This document shows positions 14,901 to 29,200 of a DNA stretch of 64,000 nt, piece by piece. Each line of letters opens with the position of its first letter. The stretch's first letter is position 1. A program made the translations under genes and the position numbers. The notes below the pieces were generated by a model that saw nothing but the letters and a program-made list of their open reading frames with translations, was not told the origin of the DNA and did not search any database. The stretch spans positions 310,001 to 374,000 of the forward strand of contig JAYWIR010000043.1 in NCBI GenBank assembly GCA_036172245.1. Direction: 5' to 3'. The stretch comes from Raillietiella orientalis. Taxonomy: Eukaryota.

Positions 14901-17900
14901 ATCCTCTCTTGCTTCTGAATGTCATCCTGCCAGTGCCTTACTTGTGTCTACATCTCTTAGAGTGCATCTCTTGGTGTCCGTTCGAGAAAAACACCTCCTT
15001 CACCTTAAACCTCTCTCTGGAAGACCCTGCCGACTCTGTCTCGACAGCGACCCTCCTCATTGACTTACCATTCCTTCCTTAAAGCGGATCTTTACCTCAG
15101 CAGAGATGTTCTTTCTCGTAGTCCACAGCAGACTCATTTTCCACTTTACCTATCAATGAGCACTCCCGTCCCTTTCACAGCAAGTTTCATGCTGAAAGGT
15201 TTACCTTCTCCTGTCTTTTTGAGGACTTTTAGCTCAGTTGCTAAGGGGACAAAGTAATTCCACCCTAGGACCAAAATGCACAAAGGAATTGAAGAATCGA
15301 GCGGACATCAAGAAACTCTTACACCCACTACGGAAAGGCTGAACGTGAGACAGGAAAAGAGTACAGAGCATACTTGCGTTTTGACTTTTTCTGACTTTTC
15401 TGAAGCAGCGAAGAATGTGCAAGACCACTTTACTCTACCTTCGACCTTCCGGATGATGCAAGTGCATGAGAAATGCATCTTTGAAACCCAAGTGGCACTT
15501 GAAAGTCTCGGCGTTCCTATGAGCTTCCGTGAACGAAGAGATGCAGCACTGAGCCCAGAAGCAGCGCGTCGTATGGAGGATGAAAGGAACGATGAAACGA
15601 CCGTGCCATCATTGTGAATTTTATGAGCTCCTGGATACGAGTGAGCTCACGAGTCGGCGATGCAAACCACCGGCTCTGCAGAAAGTCAAGTCATCTCGCG
15701 CGAAACTAGAAGTGGACGCATTCTTCCTGGATCATTCCTGGACCTCCATGACTGGCAGTCTGTTCATTTTCATACTGGCTCATCCTGTCTACAGCGTGCC
15801 ATAGGTCCTCATACGAAGATTAATCGCTGCGTTTCGAAACTTTTATGAATCGCTTCTGGTACGGAAACTGGATGCGCATCACTCCGTAATGAGATCATGA
15901 AGATGCGGAATCCCACATTCGAGCTTTACGTGCTGCTGTTTTCTGATTCTGCTCTCATCGGGAGGCCACAGAGACCACCTTCTTCTCCTTTCCCACATGG
16001 GAAAATGACTAACCCCATCTTGTGACTTTGACATGAATAGGGAAAACCTGGAAAGAGGGAAGGAACATTCAGGAATTTCAGAGGAAAGACGAATCCTAAG
16101 AGCATCCGTACCCATCAATGGAACATGTATTTTCTAGGAATTTCCGATGCCACAAGGAATTCTCTCGATATTCCAAGCAATAGCAGTTTGAAGAAACGCA
16201 AGAGATCATCCGATGACGACTCCAAGTACCTCAAAACTAGAAACACCCAGAGAGAGTCCTTTGCTGGCACAGAGAGAAAACTCTACACTTCTTAAGACTG
16301 ACAAGTTACAGCATGCAACTGCATACTAAAAAAAAGAGTTTAAGAAAGACATAATCATGGAATGAGGGAATGCTAGAGAGGAATGCTTCGGAGGCTCCAA
16401 GCTCGAATCAGAAGCTGCAATGATGAGGAAGGTTAGGTCAATCGTATGGGAAACTTGACTTCTGTGCAGTCATTTCGATAGGGCGGTTGGCTTCCGATAC
16501 TCTACTCAGCCAGGTGAACCTTTTCTTCGCTCGTATTTTCAGGATTTGAGCCCACAGGTCTCTGACGAGGATTCAAGCACAGTTGTGTCTCGTTATCTCT
16601 CGAGTCTTACATCTGTCCTTTCCAAACAGAAACTTTTACCACTTCCGTCTCGTCTGCAAAGGCTTACTCGTTTCCCTTCCTTTTGGCTTCCTTGCTAGGT
16701 GTTCGCCATCCCATCGCAAAGATGGAACCATGGGAAAGCAATTAATTGCGAAGGCATCCAAGGACAGGCAGAATGGCTGTCCTTTTATCACAAGAATAAG
16801 CCACGAACTCCACAGCTGAATAGGAAAGGATTGTGGCAGTCTCAGCACAGCAGTCAGGCTGTTCCTGATGAGCACTTTTGTAGGAAGCTGGTAAAAAAAT
16901 CGAGTCTAGTCCCCATCGTGAGCAAAACGTCTGGATCAGAAAACCTGAGTTCCGTCAAACAACTGTGTCAAAAAGAATTCAGTCTCCTTGCGAGGTGGGG
17001 GGATTTTGACAGAGGACGATGCACCCGAAAACTGACCAGAGAAAGAGGATTGATGGAATCGATTGGAGGCAGCAGCGTGAGATTTTTTCTTAAACTGATG
17101 TTTCCTTGAGATCTCCGGAAAATAATCAAACATACGAGATGCAAAGGCAAATTTAGATTGCAGCTAAAAATCCGTGAATTTCCAACGCAAAAACGAATTT
17201 ATGGCTTCAAGAAGAAAAAAAAAAGAATCTCAGTAAATCAATTTGCCTGAAAGTCATGGACTCTCTATCTTCAAAGGAAGAGCAAGTTTTCGGGAAGAGC
17301 AATAATCCTGCAGGAACGGAGAAGGGCATTTTGCGAGGGTAGCAGCCACACACCAAACTTCTTCAGGAAACTATTTCAGGCAGGAGCTTGGGTGAAGATG
17401 CTTGCATCTTGCCCGGAGAACGCTTGAAAGCAGAGGCGAGCAGAAAAATTCAGAATTATTGCTGAATTGTCAGTGCGAGAACCATCGTTTGGCGATCGGA
17501 GGGAGAAAGGACGATTCCATCCCCTCTGAAGAAAGGCAGTCAGCGATCACAGATCGCTTTTGCTTTGGAATTTGCCACAGATCAATTTGATCGATGGCCG
17601 CTGCGCTCATCCATCACGAACTGTGAGAGAACTGAATGACTTTGCCAGCAGCTCCCTATGCGAAGGCGCCGAGCATTCTGCATAGGGAGGGAAACCGAGA
17701 AGAGAAGTGAAAGGCAAAATCCTCCTCAGATATGGAAATAGCCTCAAAGAAGAGAATTTCTACTATGAGGGACGATCTTCAAAGCAATGGGAAGAAGCAT
17801 AGGACGCAGCACTACGTCACGTTTAGTGGATATCATACTAACACGTGGCAACAGGTGTCTCTTTCTTGGACAGATTGAGCTTCGTGAACACCTCGACCAG

Positions 17901-19915
17901 TGATTAAGAAAAAATGCCTGAGCTGCTCAAAGACAAAGGAAAATCTTCCAGCACGGTGGCTGTCAGGTGAATCCTACAGAGGGACGTGTCAGCTGCAAAA
18001 ACATCAAAGTAAAGGGAACCAATTGAAACGTCTTAGAGAACTGGAAGACTGCAGTTCATGAGTGTCAGGTTTTGCTAAGAGAGGTCGTTTGGAGGAGGCT
18101 GGTTTACCTCGACGAGTTTCAGGAAAGATGGGGATTATGCGCACAAAGAACATACTTTTTCTTCACCGTGTGCCAAATGAATCCGTAAAAATATGGTAAC
18201 AGTATCTCATATCAGACATCCTGGCTGCAGTCCATATACTAAAATACTCGTCGTATCCATCTGCACTTTGTTATTTTTTTCAACTTACAGGGTTGCATCA
18301 CTTTCAGCCTCTGTGGAGGTTTATACTGCAGTCAAACTGATCTCCGCAATGGTAGCGGATTTTGAAATGCAGTTGCTTGGTGTACTGAAAGATGACGCTG
18401 ATTTGTTCTTGTAGGTTCTCCATAATTTGCGGTAGACAGACCAAAAAAATTTATACAGCGGCTTTCCTAGAATCTGAGCTATCTAAAACTCATAGCAAAG
18501 GGGAGATTCATGTAATTCAAAAAAAAGGAGCTGCCTGGTGAATCTAAAAGTTCGACAGCGGTCTTCCAGTTCTAGAAGAACAGAGTTAATTTTCCTGGAT
18601 TATAGTTAGAAGGATCTAAGGCATTTACAATCTACCACTTGGAAACTTCATCAAGGAGGAAAAAGATACCTTGCCTTAAGAGTGTCACATGCCAGAGATC
18701 CAATCTTCCCGAAGTCTTTGCAAAGAGCAGTGCAAACGAAAACAATCAGGAATGAGACTGTTTGACTACAAGCAAGAAGAGATTGTAGGTCTTAAAATTC
18801 ACTTTTATTACGAAAAAATCTGCCAGCGATCTCCTTGGTCACGTGCAGGTTCAGCGTTCTGCGGTGAGTGTCGAGGGTGATGTCTCCGACTTTTGGTGTT
18901 TGTCCTGCAGACCATACCAAAGCTGGTGGCTGCTTTTGCAAATGCCATCTCCATCACCGTCACTGCTCCATCCTGGTCTTTACCTACGACGCTTCCACCT
19001 TTCTGTTCTTTTTCTGTTCTGAGCTGCACTGAGTCGTTGTTTCAAATGAAAATGACCTAGCATCGTAACGTAGTGGTCACATCCCTTCAGATCCGCCGAG
19101 ATGATGGCACTGCATTCGCGTTATTGGGCTCTGATCAGAACTTTTGCCGGGAGACCCGGCAAAAGCTCACAGTTTGTGATTGTGGTTTCACAGCTCTTCA
19201 ATGTCTTCGGCGATCTCTAAGTCATTAATTGCGACACTGTCACGCCTATAAACCTGTTCGGCACTTCCTTATTGACAACAACTGTGTTTCTCTATTACTT
19301 CACGTATAATTTTGCACTGATTTGGATACACCTGTTGAGCTGATAGGATTCAAGGGAAGACCTCCAGGTCCGGGAATGAAAATCAAAGGTAGGCCACATG
19401 AAACCTGACCATCTTAACCAAGTACGTGTTGACGGCACTCCAAAACCGAGTGACACTTCCAAGTCCCAAATGAAATTCGATAACAGTGTGTAATTGAAGC
19501 TGACACTCTCGGACACAATGGGTTACCTAATCTTGCAAAATAGTGCGAGATGGCAGTCTTCTTAAAAGAGTGGAATCAAGAGTTCTGGGACGGAATGAAG
19601 GTGGGCTACAGGCACGGGGAACTCTGAGTCAAAGCAGAGGGCATCTTACTTGAAAAGGTCATGACGAATAGCAATGTACTGGTGTAGGTCAGTGCACTGG
19701 TGTAGGCTTGTTCCCTGCCTGAGAGCAGAGTTGGACACAGAAAAAATGGTGTGTTTTTTCTTTGGAAATAATACAGATTGAATTCTGAACAGAAAATTAT
19801 TCTGTTTCTGAATATGTTTGCTTTAAAAAATTAAGCAACTAAGCATAGCTTGCCACGTGTGCAATTCGATTCGAATATTGGAGCGCGATTCCAATTGAAT
19901 GTCTTTTCCTTCCAG

Positions 19916-19992
19916 ATTCCTCAAAGACGGTCTCAGACGTACTCAAAGAATTCCAAAAAAAGGGAGTAATTCCAAAGCAGAATGTGGACATA
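19916..19992 (+). CDS. Dgk: DGK coding exon 2 (Y-SSKTVSDVLKEFQKKGVIPKQNVDI)
   Basis: Acceptor cttttccttccAG, donor |GTAAGC. Phase 1 to 0 links exon 1 to exon 3. Matches the YS-x-K-x-x-DVL-x-EF motif. Confidence 0.85.
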
Positions 19993-20132
19993 GTAAGCCA
20001 TCTTGCTTTTCGCATGCTGCAGAAATCAGAATTTGTACGGCGTATTCCTGCTCGAGAAGCGGAGTCATCCAAATGGCTAATCGCGAAACCACGGATGCAA
20101 ATGTTCGCCGTTCGAAAATGCAGTTTGACTTC

Positions 20133-20156
20133 TTTTTTTTTGGGGGGGGGGGGGGG
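20133..20156. repeat. T9-G15 homopolymer tract
   Basis: Direct reading; about 140 nt into intron 2. Confidence 0.85.
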
Positions 20157-21290
20157 ATCGAATGTCACCATGGATGCGTGGGATGTTTAGATGATAGACG
20201 TATCTTGCCAAAAATAGGATGCAGATTAATAAGGGTAGCATGAAAGGGTACGGTTCCTCGGTGGTCAGCAAACCCACAATCCCCGAATTTTGTGAAGATG
20301 GGAAGAAAGATGTGTCACAGATTCGTCTGAACTTCGTCTATTTATGTTCTTCTCAAGCACCTTAAGGATTTGGAGAACCAAGGAATCCATTCCCTTTTTT
20401 TCTCTCCCGCTCCCGACAAAGAGCACATTTCTTTAGAAATTCATTACTCTTCTCAACCCTACTTCTTCAACGTGGAACTTCAATCAGCACTTTCGTGCAG
20501 TTTTTTCATTATGATTTGATTTTTTTCTTCAGTACCAACATCACGAGAAGCAAATTCATTAATCTGCATTCGCGGCTGGCATTTCGGCTTTTTTTTAGAA
20601 AAAAAAAGACTGCAGCGTCTCAGAATCGGTGTAGTTTGAATGAACTTGCCAAGAACCCTGTTGCACAGACTGTAGTAATGTGGTCGTACGCCGTTAGAAG
20701 AAAGCCGAAGGCAAGTTTCTAGCTTCCGTTTTGGAGACCATCGAGGCGAGAAAACATCGGTAATCCAAGAACAAAGAGGCGCTGGTGCCATTCGTAGTCA
20801 GTTTCCCCGATGTCTGCACATAGCCATGTCCATGTCTGGATGTTGATTTCAGAAGTCCGGATAGCAGTATGGTTGCTGATGAGAAGATTCAACCTAAATA
20901 AGAAATCTGGAAAGAGGCAGAACATCTTTTGCTCCTTGGCAAGAACTAGTCGTTATGAGTGAAGATCGAGTCGAGTGTTCAAAGCGTGGTGTTCCTGGGA
21001 ATCCATTTCACAAATCTCGAAAACACCAGTGAAGTCTTTCGAGAGCTCCTCAAGAAAAAGTAGTTTACGTACAATGTGTGAAAAGAAAGAAAGATTCCTA
21101 ACAGTGGAAGAAAATCAGAGAGTTTCAGGAGTTCGTGGTGAAATTGCAAAGAGTAAAGAGAGCTGCGACGATGCTCTTCAAAATTTCATCCTAATCTTTG
21201 AAAATTCGAACGTGTCCCTGCTGTAGTGTCGGAGAACAGGGAGGCTCAGCTTCTCAACCAGGATTTGACTTGTGTCCCAATGTTCTGATC

Positions 21291-21722
21291 TCATCTCAAA
21301 GGCTCAGAGCGAAACTCGGAGGAGGTGAAGCAGATGGTGAGTGAGCAGCAGTACACCCTGTACGCTGTTGCTGAGCATTCACACAGGAAGGAGCTGCAGA
21401 TCACTAATCCTACTAGATCACCGAAGTTTCGAGAACGAAGCTTCATTTGCCTCGTCTTCGAGGCTCCATCACTTCCACGCGGAAGAGTTGCTTTGAGTCC
21501 GAAGAGAATCTGGAGGAGAGGTGCAGCGCGTGAATGGTTGATTCCATCAATTCTTCTACTCCACTCAATGAGCTCATAACGCAGGCACCTTAGCAGGATC
21601 CGCTCACTGTCTAGGTATCTCAGAACGACCGCAAATCTGAGGATCAACAGAACTCGTTCCGACAAAGGAGTGCCAACTGTCCTGAATGTAATGATGGGTC
21701 GGTTCCTCAGTCTCTTTTGCAC
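21291..21722 (-). mobile_element. Decayed hAT-superfamily transposase fragment
   Basis: The minus ORF shows FAVVLRYLD, FGL...SDGAS and AYRVYCCSL in the order of the hAT motifs (LA-V-x-x-RYVD, GL..DGAS, A-x-YVHC-x-AH). Confidence 0.5.
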
Positions 21723-22054
21723 GACACTGACTCCAGCTTCCTGCTCTCCTACATGACTTCAGAGGTACACTCTTCGAACACTCCCAGTAGCGTTCCGTAC
21801 TTTTCTTTTATCCTCCGAGGGCGTAGTCACTCCTCTTTCTCTTCACATGGAGACGAAGCTTTAACAAGCACTGCATGAGGGAAATCTGGAATTGCGCTGT
21901 GCATAACGTGGCCTTTCCCGACCTTACCTCTGTCCCTGTTTCTGCCTGAGGAGCAAGAGGCGCGCATTCCAGAAGGGAAAGGAAAACAGGCATTTCAGAC
22001 ACTTCTTCCTTCCTCCGACCCCTTTTCGTTTCAAGTGACCCTCATGTGTTCTAG

Positions 22055-22189
22055 GATATTGACTACGAGAGGTTCAAGGCTTTCATGGAGGCTTATCTGG
22101 AGCAGACGCTGCAAGAGGATCTGTGCCGCCATCTCTTCCTATCTTTCGTGAAAAAGGCGGTCGCCAAGCCCGTAGAAAAGATCATTAAG
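22055..22189 (+). CDS. Dgk: DGK coding exon 3 (DIDYERFKAFMEAYLEQTLQEDLCRHLFLSFVKK...)
   Basis: DAG-kinase N-terminal domain motif; ttctAG acceptor, AAG|GTAATG donor. Confidence 0.92.
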
Positions 22190-22532
22190 GTAATGTTTCA
22201 TGGAGTTCGTGCGCAGTGGTGGACAGAACATGAGAACCATTACCCTTTGCTCTTCCGCACACATGCACCACCATTCCCACAAGCAAACCTCTGCTTGGAA
22301 AGAGATGAGGTTTCCCTATTCCCGTCTTAGATTGAAACTACCCTTTTATTCCCCTCTCCCTCAGCTCTCCCAGGGCTGCTAAAGTTTCTGGAGTCCTGCA
22401 TCCTCCTCTCCTTTGTGTTCAGGGAAAACTGGTTGGCTCCTCATGCAGGTGTCCTACAAGTCTCTCCTACCACCCTTTCCTCCGTTCCCGCAAACGTCTA
22501 CTCACCCTCTTCGTGCTTTCTCGCGTCCCCAG

Positions 22533-22746
22533 GAGATGGCTGTGGCTTCATCCAATACAGCATGCGCCCCGATCACCTCCCACAATCGTCGCGGAGGCTC
22601 CGTATCCAGCTTGGCAGGCACTCTCCAAGAACGGGAATACCGGAGCGGTTTTTTCCACGATAGGATGCATGGACTGGCTGGAAGGCTGCATCAGCACCTA
22701 GGACGGACGAGGAGCAGCACCAACGTGAACGGGAGGATCAGAACAG
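22533..22746 (+). CDS. Dgk: DGK coding exon 4 (EMAVASSNTACAPITSH...GRIRT-G)
   Basis: MA-x-x-SS-x-x-ACAP-x-TSH segment as in insect Dgk; ccccAG acceptor, G|GTAG donor, phase 0 to 1. Confidence 0.85.
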
Positions 22747-23190
22747 GTAGGATCCTTGCGGTTCCCAAGGATAAGAAGGGGGGATGACGATGGCGTGCTC
22801 GGGCGAGACGGATACAACCATGTGCCCTTTGGGAGCGCCTCAGAGGGCGCACTCTTCTTGCGATATCTTGAGGTGGATGTGCGTCCCCTTTGCCACGTGG
22901 TTGAATTAAGCACATCCTCTGATTTGGCTACTCTTGGAATGAGGCCTTTGTCACGACCGTAGCCATTACAGAAGCCACTTTTCTTGCTCTCGAAATCCTC
23001 GACAGAGGCACCACCCTGGCAACAGAAGCGACTTTGATATAAAACTCCCCATTTCCCTATCTCTTCACGGAACCCTGCTTCTCTCTCTTCCTTTAGAACA
23101 TGTTTTCTCCTCAGAAGATGTCCAGCTGGCGCGCCTCTTCCTGACGAGTTGTGAAAGCAAGCGTAAATCCCCAGGTACGATCGACAATTC

Positions 23191-23228
23191 TCTGGAGAGC
23201 TCTCGCTCCGTGGCGAGAGCTCTCCAGA
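23191..23228. repeat. Perfect 16-bp stem hairpin, 6-nt loop
   Basis: tctggagagctctcgc-tccgtg-gcgagagctctccaga. Confidence 0.95.
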
Positions 23229-26200
23229 AGAAATTTTCGATAAGAGCTCAGTCCCAGAGCGGCGGAGGGATCGGGAGACAACCAGCGGGAATCAGAGATG
23301 CCTTCGCCTCAACCATGTGCACGCTTGTCACGTGGCAAGCATTCCAGCCCGGAACCAGATCGAAGCAGGAGTGAGGGGAAATCTTGTGTGAAATCTGGAA
23401 CGCATGGAACCAGAATCGACACGGACTTCAAAAAGTGAATCCAGAAAGGGGAGAAATGATTGGGTCGAAATCAGACCATGAGGACCAGATTTCCACCTTG
23501 AGAATCGGAAGTGCTCCTTGGAAAACACCGAAGATGAAAACGATCAGGAACTTCCCCGAACACGCTCGTATCGTTACGATGGTGACGTCTCTAGCGGGTC
23601 CTTCGCATGCCTGGAACCCGCCGTTGGGCACACCTGACTCTTCCATCTGCAAGCTGAAGGTCACTGCTGCTGTCGCAAAGGGAAAGGTGGAGAATCTGAT
23701 CTTCCTGCTTTCCTTGTCGTGCAACGGGTGGCTCTTACGGAAGAGGCTTGCTCCATCAGCAGGAGAAACTGATGAACTTTGGCGGAGATTGGCTACTGTG
23801 ACGCCACTCCTGTACATTCTTGTATCGACCCGGGTCCAACGATCCACCGACTAATCTGGAAACATGTATCCACCGACACTAATCTTCCATTTTCTGATGA
23901 ACTGCGATCGGAATGTTGCCAGGTCCTGCCCCTTTCCTCCGCCTTCCTCAGGAGACGGACGGCTTCCTCGTCAATGCTGAGTTTCTTTGTCACCCAGTTG
24001 TATGTTCTCGCGCATGAAGAAATACCGTGCTGTATTCCTCGCGTCGTAGTAGCCTTGATAGTTACAGAGGATTCGAGACGAAGCCATCAATGTCCTTTTC
24101 TTTATCTCAGCCAGGAGCGATCCTGGCTCAAAACCAGGAGTCGTGGCTGTTTTTCTTCGGAGATGTAGGAGCGGATGTCACGTTCTATCTTGTGAGATGC
24201 AGCGAACATTACTGATGAAAGAATTATCGCTTTTATAACAACGAGCATCTGAAACTCGAGAAGATGGCACGGGGAAATAGCATATCGAGAGTCCCTTTTC
24301 CACCGACCTCAGAGGCTGCATTTCTAAAACTCTAAAAGCACGTTTCTGGAAGTCCCCTTCAAACAGGAGTTCACCAAGCATTGCGGTTTCGAAACAAAAA
24401 ACGCAATATAGGAAGTGGGGCTCACAAAAGTCTTGAGCGATGTCGTTTCTTTCGTCTTCGGCGGCCCATTGCATGAGCTCTCTTTGAAACCACGGGGCTG
24501 CTTGCTGTTCATTTCGCTTGCAAGGACCGCGAACTTCTCGCAACTGCCGGCATTTTTTAGATGCAGAAATGAAAATGCGCTGGAGCGTCTTTAGATTCCG
24601 AAGCTACAAAATATTAATGGTCAACTTTTGGTGTATTCGCACGCGAAAAACAAACTCCAGGAGTTTTGTTGAATTGGCGAAAGACTGTTTGTGAACCTCT
24701 CTGGGAATGCTTTCCGGAAACGCCACTTCATCAGAATCAACGACATCGTATGATCATCATGAAACTCCTCCGATAATGAGGAAAACACTTTTTGGGACAT
24801 TACTAGGGAGCTCGACTGAAAAATACTACATGAAACACTTCCTGTAATCACTTTTTGGATGCACCACTGAGGATTCTGCTCGCAAGCGCGTAAGAGTATT
24901 ACAGAGCACTACTGGAAGATGTCTGCGAAAGTGACCGGAAGAAACACACTCCCGGCTGCAGACACGTCTTGGTAAATTCCAATCTGGTGAGATCTATGAA
25001 CCTGCTTCCCGGATCGGTGGCGAGCTGCTAAATGCCAGCAGCTTCCTGGTCCGCAATACGAACCTCTTCGATTAACCTGGAAGAGGGGGAGACGATCACC
25101 TGAATGACAGCACGTCATTATGATAGCACAGGTATGAGTTGAAAGTGGTCTTCCGACCGCGTTCTCTCAAAGATGCAATTTCCATGGGGTGCTCAGTTCA
25201 GCTAAAGGAATCAATGTTGATTCCTCGAAAACCTCGTGGAGTAAAAAAAAAAAAAAAAAGAAAGAAAGTAGGTGAATGACAACACGTGACTGAAAAAACT
25301 GCCATCAGAAAAGTGCCTTTTTCTGGGCTCTGGAAGCCTGCTATGGGAAGATGGCTGGTCCACGAGGAGCTGCTTCTGTGTTCTTCTCAGTTCACAGATC
25401 CAGTTTGTCCCAGCACCCTGGAAAGCGAACCGTTTGCGGTTGCCGAGTGTTACGTGGTCCTAAAGGGAATGTTTCTTCTTCCACGCTATCTTTTTGGATA
25501 GGTCAGAGGTTCCAGGACTTTTTAGCAAGTGATCCTTTAGCACCGCAATAGTTGGGTTGTATTTTTTTGTTGAGTTATTTTGTGTGGGTTCAACAAGGAT
25601 CGCGAGATGTGAGAATCTGACACATACTGATGATGTGCGTTTAGACGGACCGTTCATCTGAAAAGCAAGCACCACACCCAGTGAGGAGCTATTTGGTGAT
25701 TAGGGAAAGAGTCAGCAGCGACACTTCCGCGTCGCCCAAGTATTCGAGGCCGTTATTTTGTCCGTCGATGCTGCACGCCGTGCGCTGCTGAGTGGAACTG
25801 GCTTCCAGCGTTCCTCCGACCATCTGATTTCTTCCCAGTGCATCCACGGTGATCCACGTGCTTCCGTCCAATCAGTTCGCTGGTTCGCTGGGAACAAACG
25901 AACAAGAGCTTAAGCCTCGGCTCGTAAAGGCGGCAAGCCAAACGGACCGGGTGGCGCAAGAGTCCTCTACAGTCGGTCGTTCAGACACAGACACACATTG
26001 AGTTTACATGAAGCTCGGCCATGTGTCCAGATTTCATAGAGGAGAGGCTTCTGCCTCCAAACCTTTCCTTCGCGCTTTCCTCTGCCCCATGGAAACAAAA
26101 GTCTTCCCTGCTTCCTTATCTTCCTGTTTCTCGGCTGAATCACAGCAACTTCAAAGTCCCACCCGCTTTATCGAAGATGCCTGAGGCTCTCATATCGAGC

Positions 26201-29200
26201 GTATTTTGAATTCCCACCAGATGTGATTCGCGTTAAGACACGCGTGTCTTGAGAACTGCGTCTTTTAAGGCAGTGAGCAGTCCAAAGGGACAAGTCATCA
26301 TCGTACCCGAAAGCAGGGTCATCTGGTGGCAGATGCTTTCACACCTTCATGTCATCCGGGTACTTGTCTTCGTGCCTGTTCGCTCTCCGGTACAACCAGG
26401 CGGTCCAGTGAAGCGAGGGCTTCAATCTGTTCTGCTTTTGTCCTCCGCAAAGAAAAAAAAATCCGGTGATCACGTTGATGCGAACACTTCACCACTGTGA
26501 GTCACGCGCTCCCATTCGCAATGCAGCAGGTCGGAAGTGCGATTCCACACATCTCACATCCACTCTCTAGCACGTCACAGCGGTGGCTCGTTTGTTTTCA
26601 AAGAAACACTGGACGTACCTGCTCTTCCAAGGGGAAAAATTAGGATTCCCTTTGCCCTATATCTTCTCATTCCCTTTTCCCTTATTTTCACTGACTTGCT
26701 TCCCGGTTGCCTTTGCCTCTTATTTTTCGATCACCGAGGGATTTTGTCTCCCCTCCCCACGTTTCAAGCCTGCTGTGATGTGATGCTGACCCACGCGAAC
26801 ACCCACCCCAATCATTCCAACTGGACACCTCGCTTACTCGCCAGTAGGCGCAAAAGTTCAAAAATTGCGGCAGAAATTCCTCTACGGTGCAGCAAAAAAT
26901 TCAGACTTTCATAGAATTTGCATCTGAAAACTTAATAGTAGGATCTATCGATGGAATTCACTGTGTTACGTTAAAGACACGACAAACGCGCTCTTATCTC
27001 TGCATTTCTACGTATAAAACTTCTCCTACTCCTTCTTTCTGCTGGCAGGAGTTCTGGTTTCCTAGAAAAGCAACAGCCGATAGGTCCATCTGAGTTCATT
27101 TCTCTCCTACTTAAATGCTCTCTGGTCATCCGCATAGGATCCTGTCTCATAGATGCACAACCAGACCAGAAGACGACGTGTTCAAAAGAAAGCAAACTTG
27201 CTGTGCTATTGCACCCTTATATTTGGCAGCTGACTGCATTTCTTCCTTTGCGGAGCATCCGAAGAAGTGCTGTGGGCTGAGGTGCCTCTTACACGTGGAG
27301 TGCTACCTCGGAAGCGGCCGACACGCGAGAGATCGGTGATATCCACACATAGCGAGAGCTGTGGCTTCGAGAGTGGACACCATCAGCGAAATCGTCAGTG
27401 GAGGCCGAGACGTAACTTGGCAGTTGGGACAAGGCTTAAGCTGCCTCAGGACCACAAGCAGAAGTTTTTCTCCGAAGCAAACAGGACGGCTGCTTTCGTA
27501 GTCCACTGGGAAAAGCGAGAAGACTGTTCATCGGAAAGGATGAGCGGGTGAGATCCTGGAATATTCCGCACATGCACAAAAGCGAAATTCAAAATTCATC
27601 CGTTCTGAAGGAACAGGAAGTGGATCCAGGTGGTTCACAGAGCTTTGGTACATATGGATGTACTTCCGAAAGAATAATGCCTCATCTTCGAATTTTCATT
27701 TTCCACAGGAAAATGAACCTTCCTCTTGCAATGAAGACGAAAGCTGTGTGTTCATGGCTAAGTTTGTCCTCTTCAAACATCTCGAGTCCCTAGGCTCAGG
27801 TGTCTGGGGTGTCTAGCATCATGCGGGATGCTGTGTTTGAAAAATCGATCATTTTCTCCTCCTGCGCTTAATTGCTTTTGGATGTTCTCCTGAACTCGAA
27901 CTTAGTCGTTCCAAAAATAGCTTCAAGGGAAAAAAAGGGACTTCATTCGGATTTCCGTGTTCGTTTCCAACGTGATGCACAGCCGGCCGTGAGATTTCCA
28001 AGCACCCACACAAGAGCAAAAGCGTCGAGCTGAACCCAGCCAAACGAGGTAGACAACGAGCTGCAGCTGGAAAGATCAACAGAAGACATGAAAATGAATT
28101 TTTCATCATGCTGCTGAGGGATGCAAACGCCGTGCATCTGACTTTGTCTCGGATCAACCCCCAATGAGGGTTTTTTTGTTTTTTAGAAAAAACCAGACAG
28201 CACGAAATGAGTCCTTTGCGCGCAGTGCGCACATCACAAGCACGCCTACAGCAAACGATGGTACCCCTGAATGATGACACTGCTAACGATCCGAACGATT
28301 CCTCCTTTCCCGCATCCAGAGATTAGTCGGGAATGAAAGCAAAATCGAAGGACACGCATCACAGTCCAAACCAAACTGGAAAGACCGACTCTTTCCCACA
28401 GTAGGCTTCCACCTTGCAGATTCCCTTATGATGACTTTACAAAGATCAGATTATCTGCATCAAGCTAGGAAAAATTTCTCGTCCTTTTACGAACTCCACA
28501 AAACCAGAACTGGGATTTCTATCTTTTCCGAGAAGATAACTCGTGGCTATCTCGTTGTGGAAAGACCAGAGAGAATGGAATCCCACGCATGGAGTTTTGT
28601 TGACGAAGGAGTTTGATTGCTCTGCGCTAATGGAACGTTCCTCAACACCTTACTGTCTCATCGAGGCAGAGGTGACGCACTCCCAGAGGTACTTCCAAGG
28701 GGAGGGGGGGGCAAGCCCACGCATGCACCCGGTGCGCCGCATTTCCGCCGGATGAGAAGTGCATGTGGACAACGAGGGAAGCAGGAAGAATCGGAGAGTT
28801 TCCACGCCATTCCCGACTGCCCTTCTCAGCAGTGCGTTCCGAATTCGCCGCGGGTGCTGCAGGCGAGGAAGCGGCGGTGTCTTCAGAACTGGTCCTTCGA
28901 CCGGATGCCGCAGGCGCTGGTCACAGCGGGCACAGAGACGAGGTGTTTGCGGTCTGCCGGTACTGGAGGCGGGTTCTCCCTGCGCAGCAAGACCTCAGCA
29001 AGCAAGTTCTTGCTTGGCAAGTCTTCGCGTCGCAGCCAGGGCCCAAGGCGACGAAGCAGGAAGTCGGCTTCCCGAGGAAAAGCGAAGGGATGAGGCGTAG
29101 CTCCCGCCGGAACGCCGTTCGCAGGCCTCGAGGGTCAGGTCGGCAGTTCGGCTTCCGCAGGGAAGGCGACCAGCGGTCCGCGAGGGAAAGAATGGCGCGC

